A stretch of DNA of 64,000 nucleotides from Octopus sinensis (lineage: Eukaryota): NCBI RefSeq assembly GCF_006345805.1, contig NC_043006.1:8246001-8310000 (forward strand). Reading direction: 5' to 3'. A program made the translations under genes and the position numbers. Below the pieces are notes generated by a model, which saw only the letters and a list, made by a program, of their open reading frames with translations, was not told the DNA's origin and did no database searches. Shown here piece by piece: positions 1 to 12,439 of this stretch (its first letter is position 1; the number at the start of each line of letters is the position of its first letter).

Positions 1-1010
1 AAAGTACTTAATGCAGGGCGCATTGTTGTGTTTATCAAGTTTCAGATAAGCATCTCATGTAATAGTTTTCTTGTTTATTTACTCATCATTTGTTATCATT
101 TTTACGACTGGGAGGCAAATCTCTCGACTGATTTCAAAGTTCACTCATTGGCCTGTTCTGTAATTACTGGTTTGTAGAACTACTTTTGAAAGCTATAATT
201 TTTGGATGTTATATAGATTGAAGATAAAGAGAATTTTGAATTAAAAGGTATTACATTTCACGGCAGCGATAATATGAGGTTTGGTATGTATGAAGGATAG
301 AGACGTATTGCTGTTTATGAATGTATTAACATATAAGTGTATATTAAATCTATAGATGCAAGCATTAACGAGTTCTTAGTTTGACAGAGGGAATTAAGTA
401 GAGGATTCTATTTAAACCATTATGTTTATAATACTCATTTTATCTACTCATGAGAGAAATACAAATCTCTTCTGCTATCTTTTGAAGTTGGGGCATAAAA
501 GAATAGACAAATACTGTTATGTATCAGGTTATTGCACCACAACTTTTGCACTCCTCTTATTTCGCACAGTTAACGTTATTGGTATAATTATACGAAAATA
601 TACACTATATTAGGCTTTACAAATTATTACAATTTGACATTTAAAGGTTTAATCCTCAATTTACATAGCATAGTAATCATTAGTCTCTAGTGGAAAATGG
701 CAATTTGTTACCGGATATCTCAAGTATATACGTGTTCATTAGTAATATAGTAAAACTATTGATTCCCACCACATGGCAGTAGAGAAATATCACGGGTTTA
801 GACGAGTCTAGTGTTGCAGATTCGATTACTCATGTCAATTTATACCTAATTTTAAGTGTCTTGTATATCTGAAATAATTCTAGTAATAGCTTTCCCATAG
901 TTGGAGTTATTAGTCATCGACTTCCTATAAAAATACCAGATGCAATCATAATATTATTTTCACCGAGAAATTGTTTTCAATTATTTATTGAAGTAGTTGC
1001 TTATGACTAA
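1..1010 (-). mobile_element. Highly decayed Penelope-like element (RT to GIY-YIG remnant)
   Basis: Minus-strand peptides IIENNF, EISGNKLPF (cf. NKLPFLD), CQTKNSL (cf. GQTxxxL) and FKILF, broken by many stops. Confidence 0.45.
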
Positions 1011-1039
1011 GGTAGCTGGTGTGTTTATAAATATTATAT

Positions 1040-1215
1040 TACCCGAAGCAAAAGCAGCAACCGTGCAAAATGTTTGGCGGCATTTCTTTTGTCTCTTTCC
1101 CATCTAGATAAAAATGTCTTTCATTCTTTCGAGGTCGATGGAATATGTACCAGTTGAGTACCGGGGTCGATGCAATCAATAAGCCCCTCCCTACAATGTT
1201 TTGAGGCCCTGTACC
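1040..1215 (+). mobile_element. SINE family B, diverged fragment
   Basis: tttcattctttcgaggtcgat...taccagttgagtaccggggtcgatgcaatc matches the reverse complement of the copies at 26955, 30641 and 36905. Confidence 0.65.
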
Positions 1216-1293
1216 TATAGTAGAAACATTTATATTTCTTGAAGCAGCATTGGATTCGATTATCAATACTATTATTATCCTTCTGTAGAAGAC

Positions 1294-1665
1294 ATAGGAG
1301 TGGCTGTGGGGTAAGTAATTTTCTTACCGGCCACATGGTTCCGAGTTCAGTCCCACTGTGTAGCACCTTGGGCAAGTGTCTTCAACTATAGCCTCGAGCC
1401 GACCAAAACCATGTGAGTCGATTTGGTAGACGGAAACTGAAAGAAGACCGTCGTATATATATATATATATGTATGTATGTGTGTGTATATGTTTGTGTGT
1501 CTGTATTTGTCACCCCAACATCGCTTGTGTTTACGTCTCCGTAACTTAGCGGTTCGGCCAAAGAGGTCGACAGAATAAGTCCTGGGGGCGATTTGCTCGA
1601 CTAAAGGCGGTGCTCCAGCATGGCCGCAGTCAAATCACTGAAACAAGTAAAAGAGTAAAAGAGTA
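1294..1665 (+). mobile_element. SINE family A (tRNA-like head, internal TA/TG microsatellite), full length
   Basis: A-box-like tggctgtggg, B-box-like ggttccgagttcagtccc, CORE-like accttgggcaagtgtc, tail ggcggtgctccagcatggccgcag..aaaagagta; many copies in the window. Confidence 0.9.
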
Positions 1666-1749
1666 ATGTATCGTACCAGCGTCATCAAATCACAAGTTTT
1701 TGTATGTGAGTATCTTGATTTATTTTAGGGATTTCGGGGTCTGAATCTA

Positions 1750-2340
1750 ATTTAATGTCCTTACTTTAATACATCAGTTTCTCTATTGTTGCTTTCGTAC
1801 ATTTGTCTTATAATGTTCAAATCTTGAATGAAGTCATGAAATTTTTTTGTATTCCAAATTGTGATTGTGCCTGGCAAATGCATTTAAGTAATCCGTATTA
1901 AGGTGTTGACTTATAATTTACCTGCAGCATCTATAAAAATTAATGATTTCTTTGTTCTGGATTGTTAATAGGGTAAGACCTTGGCAGGTAACAAGATAGG
2001 GAAATAGCTGCGCTAAAAGCATTTTCCCCCTCCCATGGTATTAAATCTTCTATTAATAATCTTCTCGTCTTGTAGTAATATTGTCGTTTCTCATTTGATT
2101 TGTCACGCTTAATGTACCACGTTCGTACTGAGAATCACTAAGCTTGTGGTGTGTTTCTATTATCCAAATGCAATGTACAATATCAAATGCTTTTCGGTGT
2201 TATTTCTTCACATTTACCTTGTGTTCGATAACAGTATATTTGGTCTGTAGTTGTTCTGTAAACCTGTAAATTTCTTCCCAGAATTTTGTATAATCTGCTT
2301 AAATTTTGTTTTATATAAATAGCCACCCAATTTGATCGTT
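1750..2340 (-). mobile_element. Decayed RLE-type LINE reverse transcriptase fragment
   Basis: Minus-strand NYRP and KAFDIVHCIWIIET motifs with stops and frameshifts. Confidence 0.5.
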
Positions 2341-2388
2341 TTTTTCCAACGCGTTTTGGTCATCGGGAAGAAAGTGCATTATGAAGTT

Positions 2389-2425
2389 AATGATAATAAT
2401 GATGATAAAATTATTATTATTATTA

Positions 2426-2480
<55 letters not shown>
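2389..2480. repeat. (TTA)n microsatellite, 3' flank of an RLE LINE
   Basis: Direct reading. Confidence 0.95.
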
Positions 2481-2482
<2 letters not shown>

Positions 2483-3075
2483 GTTCTTTCACATCACTAC
2501 CGAGCGCAGTTCTGTGTGTCTTGGGTATGTGTTGTGGTGCTCTTATTTCACTGTATTAAAAGTGCTTTACAGAGGATGCGTGCAGTGCCAAGAACTGTTA
2601 TTTTCTGTATACTATATGCATTCGTAACTGCTGGCGTTTCGGTTGTTTGGTTACCTCTGTTTCCAGATCTTTGTATTTTGAGAGTTTCTCCGTTTCTTTT
2701 AAAGATACGTTGTCATCTGTTAGTATTGATACATCGATTAGAGGCATTTTTTTGCCGATCTCTGACAACTAAACCCGGTTTATTAGCCTAGATTTATCTA
2801 TCTGTGTATATTGGCATATTTCAGTATGGTTGCTCCCTCATTTTCTGAGATCCATTCTGGGGAGTGCCTCTACCGTCTTTTACCTATTGTCATTCCATAG
2901 TGTTGACATAGCTTTCAGTGTATATAGGTCCCAACTCTGTCATGTCTATGAATATATGCCTGGACTGGGCAGCCAGAGACGATATGATTTATTGTTTCTT
3001 CTCGATCACTACATATTCTGCAGTTACTTGTATTTATTTCATTATGTGTTTTTGATGATTTCTGGTAGGGATGAT
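2481..3075 (-). mobile_element. R4/Dong-like LINE 3' end (RLE domain plus 3' UTR)
   Basis: Minus-strand RHD, LWD, NKPG (cf. NRPD), KYKDLE and VLGTARIL motifs; (TAA)n on both sides. Confidence 0.8.
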
Positions 3076-3097
3076 TTTATTATTATTATTATTATTA

Positions 3098-3162
<65 letters not shown>

Positions 3163-3165
3163 GTT
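3076..3165. repeat. (TTA)n microsatellite
   Basis: Direct reading. Confidence 0.95.
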
Positions 3166-3268
3166 CAGTAGTTTTATTTTTATAGCGTGCTTTCACTTCA
3201 CTACCGAGCGCACCTCTGTGTGCCTTAGGTATGTGCTGTGATTTGTTGTGATGCTCTGATGGTTATTG
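3166..3268 (-). mobile_element. Dong-like family 1, 3' UTR only (about 103 bp)
   Basis: Near-identical to the 3' UTR of the copies at 19110 and 43109; (TAA)n on both sides. Confidence 0.9.
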
Positions 3269-3293
3269 ATGGTTATTATTATTATTATTATTA

Positions 3294-3327
<34 letters not shown>

Positions 3328-3880
3328 GAGTGACAGAGCAGTGCATGCAATCAAAGTGACACTGGGGTAAAATATACGAAGCTCAGTATATCCATCATGA
3401 CTACCCGTCCGATAAGCGTACACTAGGCAAATGCATCACAACCATATGTGCGTGACATGGTGATCTCTAATCAAGATAAACAGCACAAGACCTAGCAGGT
3501 GTGGCCGGTTAGAATTTTCTTCTGGTCGAGTAGCCCATCCTGCTCAAGAGGACCCTGAATAAAGGTTGTTTAAGGATGTTGAACGAAACACCCATGTTTC
3601 CAGAGGTGAATTATTCAAACTCCAAACAATCCCTCTCAACACATGGTTATGATGCTCCCCCACTACTTCTGCTCGTGATCAAAGATGCACATATCGTCAG
3701 CCATTAAGGGACATGCTCAACTGGTTAAAATCAAACAACTGACAAGCAAATCTGTGGTATTGAGCAGAATATTTGCTGTAGCCCATCTTTTATACCAAGA
3801 CAAAACAATGTACATGATAACACTTCCAATCAGTTAAGATCAGGCGCCACGAGAACCACTGCCTGGTACTGCATCAGGGC

Positions 3881-3882
<2 letters not shown>
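3328..3882 (-). mobile_element. Non-coding 555-bp repeat flanked by (TAA)n (non-autonomous element)
   Basis: Homologous to 49000-49115 and 52021-52660; no ORF and no obvious tRNA head. Confidence 0.8.
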
Positions 3883-3962
<80 letters not shown>

Positions 3963-3998
3963 ATTATTATTATTATTATTATTATTGTTATTATTATT
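3883..3998. repeat. (TTA)n/(TTG)n compound microsatellite
   Basis: Direct reading. Confidence 0.95.
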
Positions 3999-4830
3999 AC
4001 TTTTAATGTGCATCTTTGCTACAGTCACTTGCCGAGACACACGCAGCGTCCTCGGGCGAGTGAAAGATAAGAGATGTTACAGTATGACTGAACGCTTGGG
4101 TAGGGGAGTTAGTGAAACATCTTCATTTAATATAACCACATACATCTCTTGGGATGTTAGTTAGATGTTTCTGAAATCCCTTTTCTTTATCATATCTACG
4201 GCACATACAATATCAGGCACAGTTCTCGCTGAAGATGCCACATCTTTTGTATTTCAATTTCCAGGTCCTTATATATTCTTAATAGGTCAAATTCTTTTAC
4301 CGATATATTTTTATGAGTGGGAATACTTACACCTATTAGTGTACAAGTATTTTCTGCCCTGTCTTCAATGTCTATGTCTGGTCGATTAGCCAGGGTCGTT
4401 CTGTCGGTGTTGATTGGAAAATCCCAGAGGATGGTTATATTTTTATCTTCAACGACCGGCTAAGGATGATGTTCATACCAGTAAGCAAGAGTGCTGTTAA
4501 AGTAGTGCTTACACATTTTTCAATGTAAATTTTGCCTTACTCTATCGTGACGACTTTTGTATTGGTTTGATGTATTTTTGTATTCGCTGGTATATTCTTT
4601 AATGAAATATGTCGCAGATTTGGCATTTAGGGTCAGAACCGTTTTGAAGAACGTTAGCCTGTTAGATTTTGGTGGCAAAATTTTCACCTTGTGCCTCCAA
4701 TAAGAGAAACCTTATGTCTTTATTTCAAGCTTCCACTTCTTAGTCAATGATGGGCATTTCGACTTCGAAGTATATGCTGTCCATGCAGAGATTCCGGGCT
4801 CCACCGTTCCTCAATTTGCTTCTTGAAGTC
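3999..4830 (-). mobile_element. Dong-like family 2 LINE 3' portion (CCHC knuckle plus RLE)
   Basis: Minus-strand LHGQ, DPKCQIC, RHDRV, WYEHHP, ILWDFPINTDR, ANRPDI and YKDLEIEIQKMW motifs. Confidence 0.85.
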
Positions 4831-5143
4831 TCTTCTTCTTCTTCTTCTTCTTCTCCTTCTTCTTCTTCTTCTTCTTTCCCTTCGTCTTCCCCTTCTTCTT
4901 CTTCTTCTTCTTCTTCTTCTTTCCCTTCGTCTTCCCCTTCTTCTTCTTCTTCTTTCCCTTCTTCTTCCCCTTCTTCTTCTTCTTCTTCTTCCCCTTCTTC
5001 TTCTTCTTCTTCTTCTTTTATTTCTTCTTTTTCTTCTTCTTCTTCTTCGTCTTCTTCTCCTGCTCCTTCTTCTTCTTCTTCTTCTTCTTCTTCTTCTTCT
5101 TCTTCTTCTTCTTCTTCTCCTTCTCCTTCTTTTCTTCTTCTTT
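4831..5143. repeat. (CTT)n / GAA-TTC polypyrimidine microsatellite, about 310 bp
   Basis: Direct reading; source of the poly-S and poly-L ORFs. Confidence 0.95.
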
Positions 5144-5420
5144 ACTTTTAATCTGCATGTATATTATAATCACTTGCCGAGACACAACTGAGTTAAGGAT
5201 AAGAGATGTTATAGTTTGACTGAAAGCTTAGGGAAAGAAAGTGGCAGGGCATTTAAAATAATAGGATTTTTTCTAAGGATATGGGAAGTATTTGTCAGCA
5301 CAATCTTTTGGATTTCTTTGAGACAAGGTTCTTCTGGGATGTTATCTAGAGACACGGTGAGACGAAAACGTCCCAACCTGTGGTAAAGTGGAGAAGGGTC
5401 TTTTCATCACGACAATAAGC
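5144..5420 (-). mobile_element. Dong-like family 2 LINE extreme 3' end
   Basis: Minus-strand NIPEEPCLKEIQKIVLTNTSHILRK; same terminus gtgtctcggcaagtga..attaaaagt as the 3999 copy. Confidence 0.85.
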
Positions 5421-5454
5421 CTTAGCACACCTCCTTGAGTTTCAGACAGTTTAT

Positions 5455-5730
5455 GATAAAATATTCTCCTTGTGACATATTTTATTTCCTCTAATGAAGA
5501 AAGGCCTTCAAGGAGAACGATTTGTAGATGTGGAAGTGCTGAAGAATAAAATCGACGGAGGCTTTAAAGGTACCACTTTGTAAGAGTTCCAGCACTGCTT
5601 CGAACAGTGGAAAATACGCCTGGGTCGATGCATTGTTCCAAATCGAGAACACTTTGACAGCAACAAAAGTTTAAACATGAAAAACTAAGTGAATAAAATA
5701 ATATTGAAAAATTCCGGTATTTTTGATACG
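5455..5730 (+). mobile_element. Mariner transposase C-terminus plus 3' end
   Basis: SPCDIFYF-like motif, then LQGERFVDVE and EFQHCFEQWKIRLGRCI; TIR-like aaaattccggtatttttg. Confidence 0.75.
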
Positions 5731-6049
5731 TAGAAAGAGAGGGGGGAAGAGAGAGGGGAGAACAAGAGAGAGAGACAGATAGAGAGAGAGGGAGAAATAA
5801 AAGGAAAGAGAATGTGAGAGACAAAAGATAGTAGGCATGATAGGAAGGGTGGGATGGAGTTAAGGAATGTAGTGGTGTTGATCTACGATATATAGACAAC
5901 TTCTGTCTCAAAGGATTTGCTTCAGGCATTCAAGAAGACTCCCTTTTGTATTTGCTGCAAGAAAGTCCATTTAAGCACAGTCGATCATTCAATAAATAGA
6001 TATAATAAATAAAATAAATAGCCACACAGTTGAAGACATATCTATACAT

Positions 6050-6094
6050 TAATAGATATATACATACATACACACACGCACACAAACATATATG

Positions 6095-6159
<65 letters not shown>

Positions 6160-6254
6160 ATACATATACATATATATGTTTATACTTATTATACATATAT
6201 ATATATATATATATATATGTACGTTTACACACACTGACACACACATGCATGTGC

Positions 6255-6291
<37 letters not shown>

Positions 6292-6490
6292 CGCTTATAT
6301 ATATTACAAAGACATCATAAAGGAGGATAGAGAAATCCCTATTTCTTTACGTTATATATATACATGTATGTATGTATGTATGCATGTATGTATGTATGTA
6401 TGTGCCTATGTATGTATGAATGCATGTATGTGTATGCTTGTGTGTGTTTGTTTGTGTGTGTGTGTGTGTATGTGTGTGTGTGTGTGTGCT
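6050..6490. repeat. Compound (TA)n/(TG)n/(TATG)n microsatellites
   Basis: Direct reading. Confidence 0.95.
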
Positions 6491-7134
6491 GAACAATAAC
6501 AAAGATTGATACATTATTTATTTTCAATATCTGGCAGGGTGTACTTAGTTGGATGGTTATTCAGGGCAGGTTCGGTACATACTGACAGATAAGACATCGG
6601 CACATGCAATTTTCGCTCATATACAAAGTAGTACAAAAACTGAAAGATGCGTAAAAAAAAAGCGACTTATTGATTGAACAGTATGAATATAGACGAGATT
6701 GATTTGATTGAAAAAGACTCTACATATCTCCTTCAGTTCGGTGAAGATAAATTTCTTTCAGATTAGCAAAATGGATTGAGTAAAATATCAATATTTTTCT
6801 GAAATATGTTGCATAAAATTGTGAAAACCCGATTAGAAGTGAAATCCTCATGACAGTGAAGTAGAAATAAAATACAGAACGGACTAAAAAAAAAATATAT
6901 ATATATAATTCTAAGTAGATTGCCAACAATCATCTGAAGCAATACTAAACTATAGATATAGACTATATTATGTAAAACGTCAGTCGAATTGCAGTCTGAA
7001 TTTTCTGGCAAATGATACCAAAGATTACAGATAGAAGTGTTCAATTTGCTTATTTTATATCACTTGATATCATCACGTCGTTACAAAACGAGAAATAGTG
7101 AAATAGTATATTTGATCTTATTCATATTGCACTC

Positions 7135-7137
7135 ATG

Positions 7138-7208
<71 letters not shown>

Positions 7209-7227
7209 GTCAGCATATATGTATGTT

Positions 7228-7269
<42 letters not shown>

Positions 7270-7356
7270 TACATATATAGTCTGCTTTGTGTAACCTTTC
7301 TCCTTGCAGTATTCTTTCTCTTCAACTCTTGATACATACATACATACATATGTACA

Positions 7357-7396
<40 letters not shown>

Positions 7397-7477
7397 TATA
7401 TATATATATGTATTACCTCCCATGCATTCTCAAAATCGTTTTTCTTCTTTCTCCTCCCTTACTTGGCAAGCCCCAGA

Positions 7478-7530
<53 letters not shown>

Positions 7531-7694
7531 ATATATATATAAACAAAACTGTCCGACGATCGGATATATATATGTATATCCATATATATATGTATATATA
7601 TGGATATATATATATATATACATATATATATGCATATATATATACATATATATATACATACATATACGTATACACACATATATATATGCATATT

Positions 7695-7749
<55 letters not shown>

Positions 7750-7770
7750 TATATATAATATATATAGGGA
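7135..7770. repeat. (CTAT)n and (TA)n microsatellite cluster
   Basis: Direct reading. Confidence 0.9.
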
Positions 7771-7999
7771 GAGAGAGAGAGTTGAAACGTTCCTGTCACA
7801 ACCTGGGACCTTGGAGTCTGCTTTAATGCAAGAAAGTATACTAGTCCCTTAATATTTGATATTCATATTTTATGTATTCAATAATGCAATCAATACTTCA
7901 TTCATTATACTATATATACTTTTTATACAATATATTCTACACTAATATTATAAAGAATATAAATAAAGCATAAAAAACAGATTTGGAATTTCTTGAATT

Positions 8000-8046
<47 letters not shown>

Positions 8047-9928
8047 GTGTGTGTGTGTGGTGTGTGTGTATTTAGAAAGTGGGAGAGAGAGATGTAAGTG
8101 CAGTGTATTAGCGATGACTAAATGAAAGAGAGAAAATGGGGAAAATGTAAGAACTATTAACGTTAATGTTTCACAGTAGCTGAGAGTTTTATCCCGTGGG
8201 AGAACCCTAAAATTTTGGGATTTTTATGTTCGCAGTTTGTATTCATTTCGATCAAAAGTGTAAAGTGTATCAGTGTGTCTCCTGTGATTGTTTATTTTAT
8301 TTTATTTTTACCTCATATATTTGCTTCATCTAAATTTAATGCCTTAGTATGGATCAGTTTGCAAAACGTGTAGGTGTGAATAGGTTAGTCGATTGAAGAC
8401 ATGAAAATGCCTGATTTTCCGATGTAATGCTGAATATGTATTATGAATGTGTGTCGTGAAAGTTTATTTAAAGATCAATGAATTTTGGTGCTGATCTTTG
8501 TTAGTACAGAAACTACGTTTATGTCTATAAATCAGGTGCCATTTAAAGAAATATTACTGAAGCCAATATATTGGAATAGAATTCCGCTCATGTAAAGGAG
8601 CTTCACACGCCCACTCTTTGACTTCTATGTGCATTCCGGCTATAGAGAAGCTTTTATGTAATTCCTTCATCGCTATAGTCATCTGCTCTGGGTGCGAGGG
8701 TTGCATTTCTGTTACAATCTCCATCTGAAATCATGTTGTGCAGTTTCCTTTACACGGCATATGTACTTGGCCGTTAACGTGACGTTCCAATTCTCGAACC
8801 TGCTGTCACATGTGGTTTAGCCGTATACGTATTTCATTGAGACGGCCTTCATCAATCTTATATAATGCATTTAACTAGATGTGTATTTTGGTTCGTCGGC
8901 CCTTATCACGATATCATTGAACAGACAAATGTGGTTGCAAGTTGCATCTGTGTTTGCGGGTTCACCACAAAATTACACTATTCTCACTTGATGCATGATT
9001 GTTAAGGTCACACGAGTAAGTTTATTACAAATATTGCCATAGAAATGTGTGGGAGGAAATTGTTTAACAACAACATTTCATGTCAGAAAACAGTAAAGCA
9101 GATTATTTTTTTCAAAGAAAGGTTCCTACGATTCAATCAGACATTTTGAAATCATACAAAATTTCATCAGGAGATAAATATTTAAAAGATATTTTACTTT
9201 GTTTGGTATTCATTCAACTGTAAAATGTAGTGCACATAGCTATGATTTACAGTGATGATATTATTTCGTATTAGATAGCATCAAAGGATCCAAACTAATT
9301 TAGTCTGATAAATATCCATAATTATCAAATAACATTTTACAGTATACACTCAGTTGAGTACAGTTTTAATCAAGTGATCATTTTCACTGATAGATCTTAG
9401 AAACATCATAAAAGTATATACTAATATACTAATTATATGGGAAAAACTTTTCATATTCTTTTTTTATTCTTTTATATATGTGTATATATACATGAGGAGT
9501 TGATAGACTGCCGATAACTGATGTAGGATTGTTGTTTCTCTATGTTTACTTGTCATGTTTTCCATTTCTGTCCCGTTGTTTGCGCATTTGTCTAGTTTGT
9601 TTTGGTATTTCCTGTTGTTTACACAGTTCGTGACGTCCTGTCCCCATATATCCATATATATATATATATATCTATATGTTATTTATATTATTATTTCATT
9701 GAACGCCACGCATCCATTTCCCAGTAAGTTTATCTTCACCTTTTTGGTGCGACTCTACTCTATACTATTTTCTCCTCTGTCCTTCTCTAATTCCATTTTC
9801 TCCCTTCCATCTTTCACCGCTTTCTATGTCTGTGTCTCTCTCTGCCTCTTTCTATTTTTCTCTCTCGTTGCTCACACGTTACCATCTTCCATCTTTAATA
9901 TATATATATATATATATCTATATATATA

Positions 9929-10275
9929 TATATAATATAATTCGAGACAAAACCACTATTTTAAAACCAAACAAGGAAAGACTTAATCAATACATAAAAT
10001 TTTAATATAAATTAAATAAACCGCCACTACAAATGTTTCATGTCTGCTCCGACAATCTTCAGGTGAAGATTGTCGGAGCAGATATGAAACATTTGTAGTG
10101 GCGGTTTATTTAATTATATATTAAAATTTTATGTATTGATTAAGTCTTTCCTTGTTTGGTTTTAAAATAGTGGTTTTGTCTCGAATTATATTATATAATA
10201 TTTTACTATAAAATGGATTTAACCCTAATCTGATTTTTCCCTGTAATTTTGGATTCATTCCCTAATATTTATTAT
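9929..10275. mobile_element. Fold-back (palindromic) AT-rich PLE-type terminal repeat
   Basis: Arms 9929-10061 and 10064-10197 with a 2-nt loop; same family at 55434-55680. Confidence 0.8.
10024..10065 (-). ncRNA. Type-I hammerhead ribozyme motif
   Basis: cac-CUGAAGA-u-uguc(ggagca)gaca-u-GAAA-c(auuu)g-UA-gugg; 10.1-11.1 is U.U rather than G-C. Confidence 0.55.
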
Positions 10276-10279
10276 ATAT

Positions 10280-10320
<41 letters not shown>

Positions 10321-10323
<3 letters not shown>

Positions 10324-10712
10324 CGCAGGAGTGGCTGTGTGGTAAATAGCTTTTTTACCAGCCACATGGTTCCGGGTTCAGTCCCATTGCGTGGCACCTT
10401 GGGCAAGTGTCTTCTACTATAGCCTCGGGCCGACCAAAGCCTTGTGAGTGGATTTTGTAGACGGAAACTGAAAGAATTCTGTCGTATATATGTATATATA
10501 TGTATGTGCGTGTATGTTTGTGTGTCTGTGATTGTCCCCCTAGCATTGCTTGACAACCAATGCTGGTGTGTTTATGTCCCCGTCACTTAGCGGTTCGGCA
10601 AAAGAGACCGATAGCATAAGTACTGAGCTTACAAAGAATAAGTCCCGGGGTCGAGTTGCTCGATTAAAGGCGGTGCTCCAGCATGGCCGCAGTCAAAAGG
10701 ACTGAAACAAGT
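10321..10712 (+). mobile_element. SINE family A, full length
   Basis: ggcgcaggagtggctgtgtggtaa ... ggactgaaacaag. Confidence 0.92.
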
Positions 10713-10714
10713 TT

Positions 10715-10748
<34 letters not shown>

Positions 10749-12076
10749 TATTCATGTATTCGTGTGTTTGTGCATGTATGTGTGTGTGAGTAATTGTTAG
10801 ACATCTTATATGACTTTTATGCTGTGCAGTGTCAATATTAATGTTACATTGAACATATTACTTCCATGTAACCTGCTATGATTAATCTGGTAACTGTTAG
10901 TAGAGGTTGCACAAGATGCACTTTGTAGTTGAATCTATAATGGAGAAAATAATCTCTGATGTTACAATGAAATATAACTGAATGTATACTTTAATGGAAC
11001 TTAATGGAACTTACTGCTAGGTATTAATTTTAGCTTTATTTTCCCAACGTATTCTTAAGTCTCATTTGTGAATACATCACCATTAACATCACAAATACTG
11101 CGTGAAGATAAATCTAATCATTCAATATGGTTAGGTTATGAAAAAATACCATTTTAAAAAAATAATTTACTGTTTAAGCGTTAATTTCATTTCCTCCTAT
11201 AATGTTGATAGTTTTCCCTATAAAGTATACTTTTATATTTTTATTTTAGCAGGAATTAATTTTTAATAGTAATCGATAATTTTGATATAAACTATAAAAT
11301 TAGTAGTTCCTGAGTATTTAATGTAAAATGACTTCATGACATTTTCAATATATTTAGTTTTTTTTACAATAGATTTACTTAATTGTACAAACTTTTCTGC
11401 ACTGAAATAATAAATAACTTTGTGAAATAATTTAGTAGATGTTATTAAATGTCTGAATGTTATAAATAAATTGATATTTAGATAAAACTTAATTTGAATT
11501 GAGGTCTCTTTCTATTTTAATGTATTTTATATATTTTTTAATTATCATCCATTAATTAATTACATAATTTCTATACACCGTTCTATAATTATAATAACAG
11601 ATTAATTATTTCCTGTGTTTCAGGAATATTGCCATTTATAAATTTTCTCCTGATTATGTACATTTTATTGCGGTTATCTTGAGAGCTTATTGCTGATTTC
11701 TTCAATGTCATCGAAATATATTTGACTTCTACACCATGTATGCGGTCTGTCGTTAACTTCTCTGCGCTATTTTTCTTAGGTTTAAATCTTCCGTGTTGAA
11801 TGTTACTTTTTTGAGGGGTGGGTGGAAGTGCTTGCTCAATTTTTTTTTTTTTTCAATTTACGTTGTACATATTTCCACAAATACAAAACGTGTTAAAATT
11901 TGGAGTTTCTAGATCGTTTTATAAACAAATTCCAAATCAAATTCAGACATAGAGACGGCGTATGAGTTTATAATATGCATGCCTATACGAAGATGCATGC
12001 GTACAGAAATACAGAGCTACTGAGATAAGCACATATATATACAGACACATAAATATAAGCATGTAGACATATATTT

Positions 12077-12330
12077 GTGGATGCGCGTGGCTTAGTGGTT
12101 AGGGTGTCAGCACTGTGATCGTAAGATTGTGCTTTCGATTCCTGGACCGGGCGACGCGTTGTGTTCTTGAGCAAAACACTTCATTCCACATTGCTCCAGT
12201 CCAATCAGCTGGCAAAAATGAGTAACGCTGCGATGGACTGGCGTCCCGTCCACTTTGGAAACACGCCATAGAAACCAGGAAACTGGGCCCATGAGGCTAG
12301 GCTTTAAAAGGGCGTGAAAAAAAATAATAG
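12077..12330 (+). mobile_element. SINE family C (tRNA-like head)
   Basis: A box gtggcttagtgg, B box-like ttcgattcc, gttgtgttcttgagcaaaacactt; head shared with the 59229 copy. Confidence 0.8.
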
Positions 12331-12439
12331 ACATATTTATGTAAGTACAAGTTTACGAGACATAGTTGTATTTATATACACAAGTATAATTCTTTTACGT
12401 ATGCAATCATAAAGTTATAATTAAGGTTAAGAACTGGGC

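Noticed and set aside
3825-3882. Faint U2 snRNA resemblance (atcagttaagatc; cctggtactgca)
   Set aside because: Two short patches with the wrong spacing, no Sm site, and part of a longer repeat.
9165-9175. Other CTGATGA hits (9167, 16647, 46786, 57725)
   Set aside because: They lack a properly placed stem II-GAAA and stem I, or lie within coding motifs.
8100-9460. Unique-looking stretch with a weak RT-like peptide (EQMTIAMKELHKSFSIAG)
   Set aside because: Too degenerate to classify; left unannotated.
11597-11850. About 85-codon open frame on the minus strand (KIEQALPPTPQK...)
   Set aside because: No start codon, no plausible acceptor and no homology I recognise.
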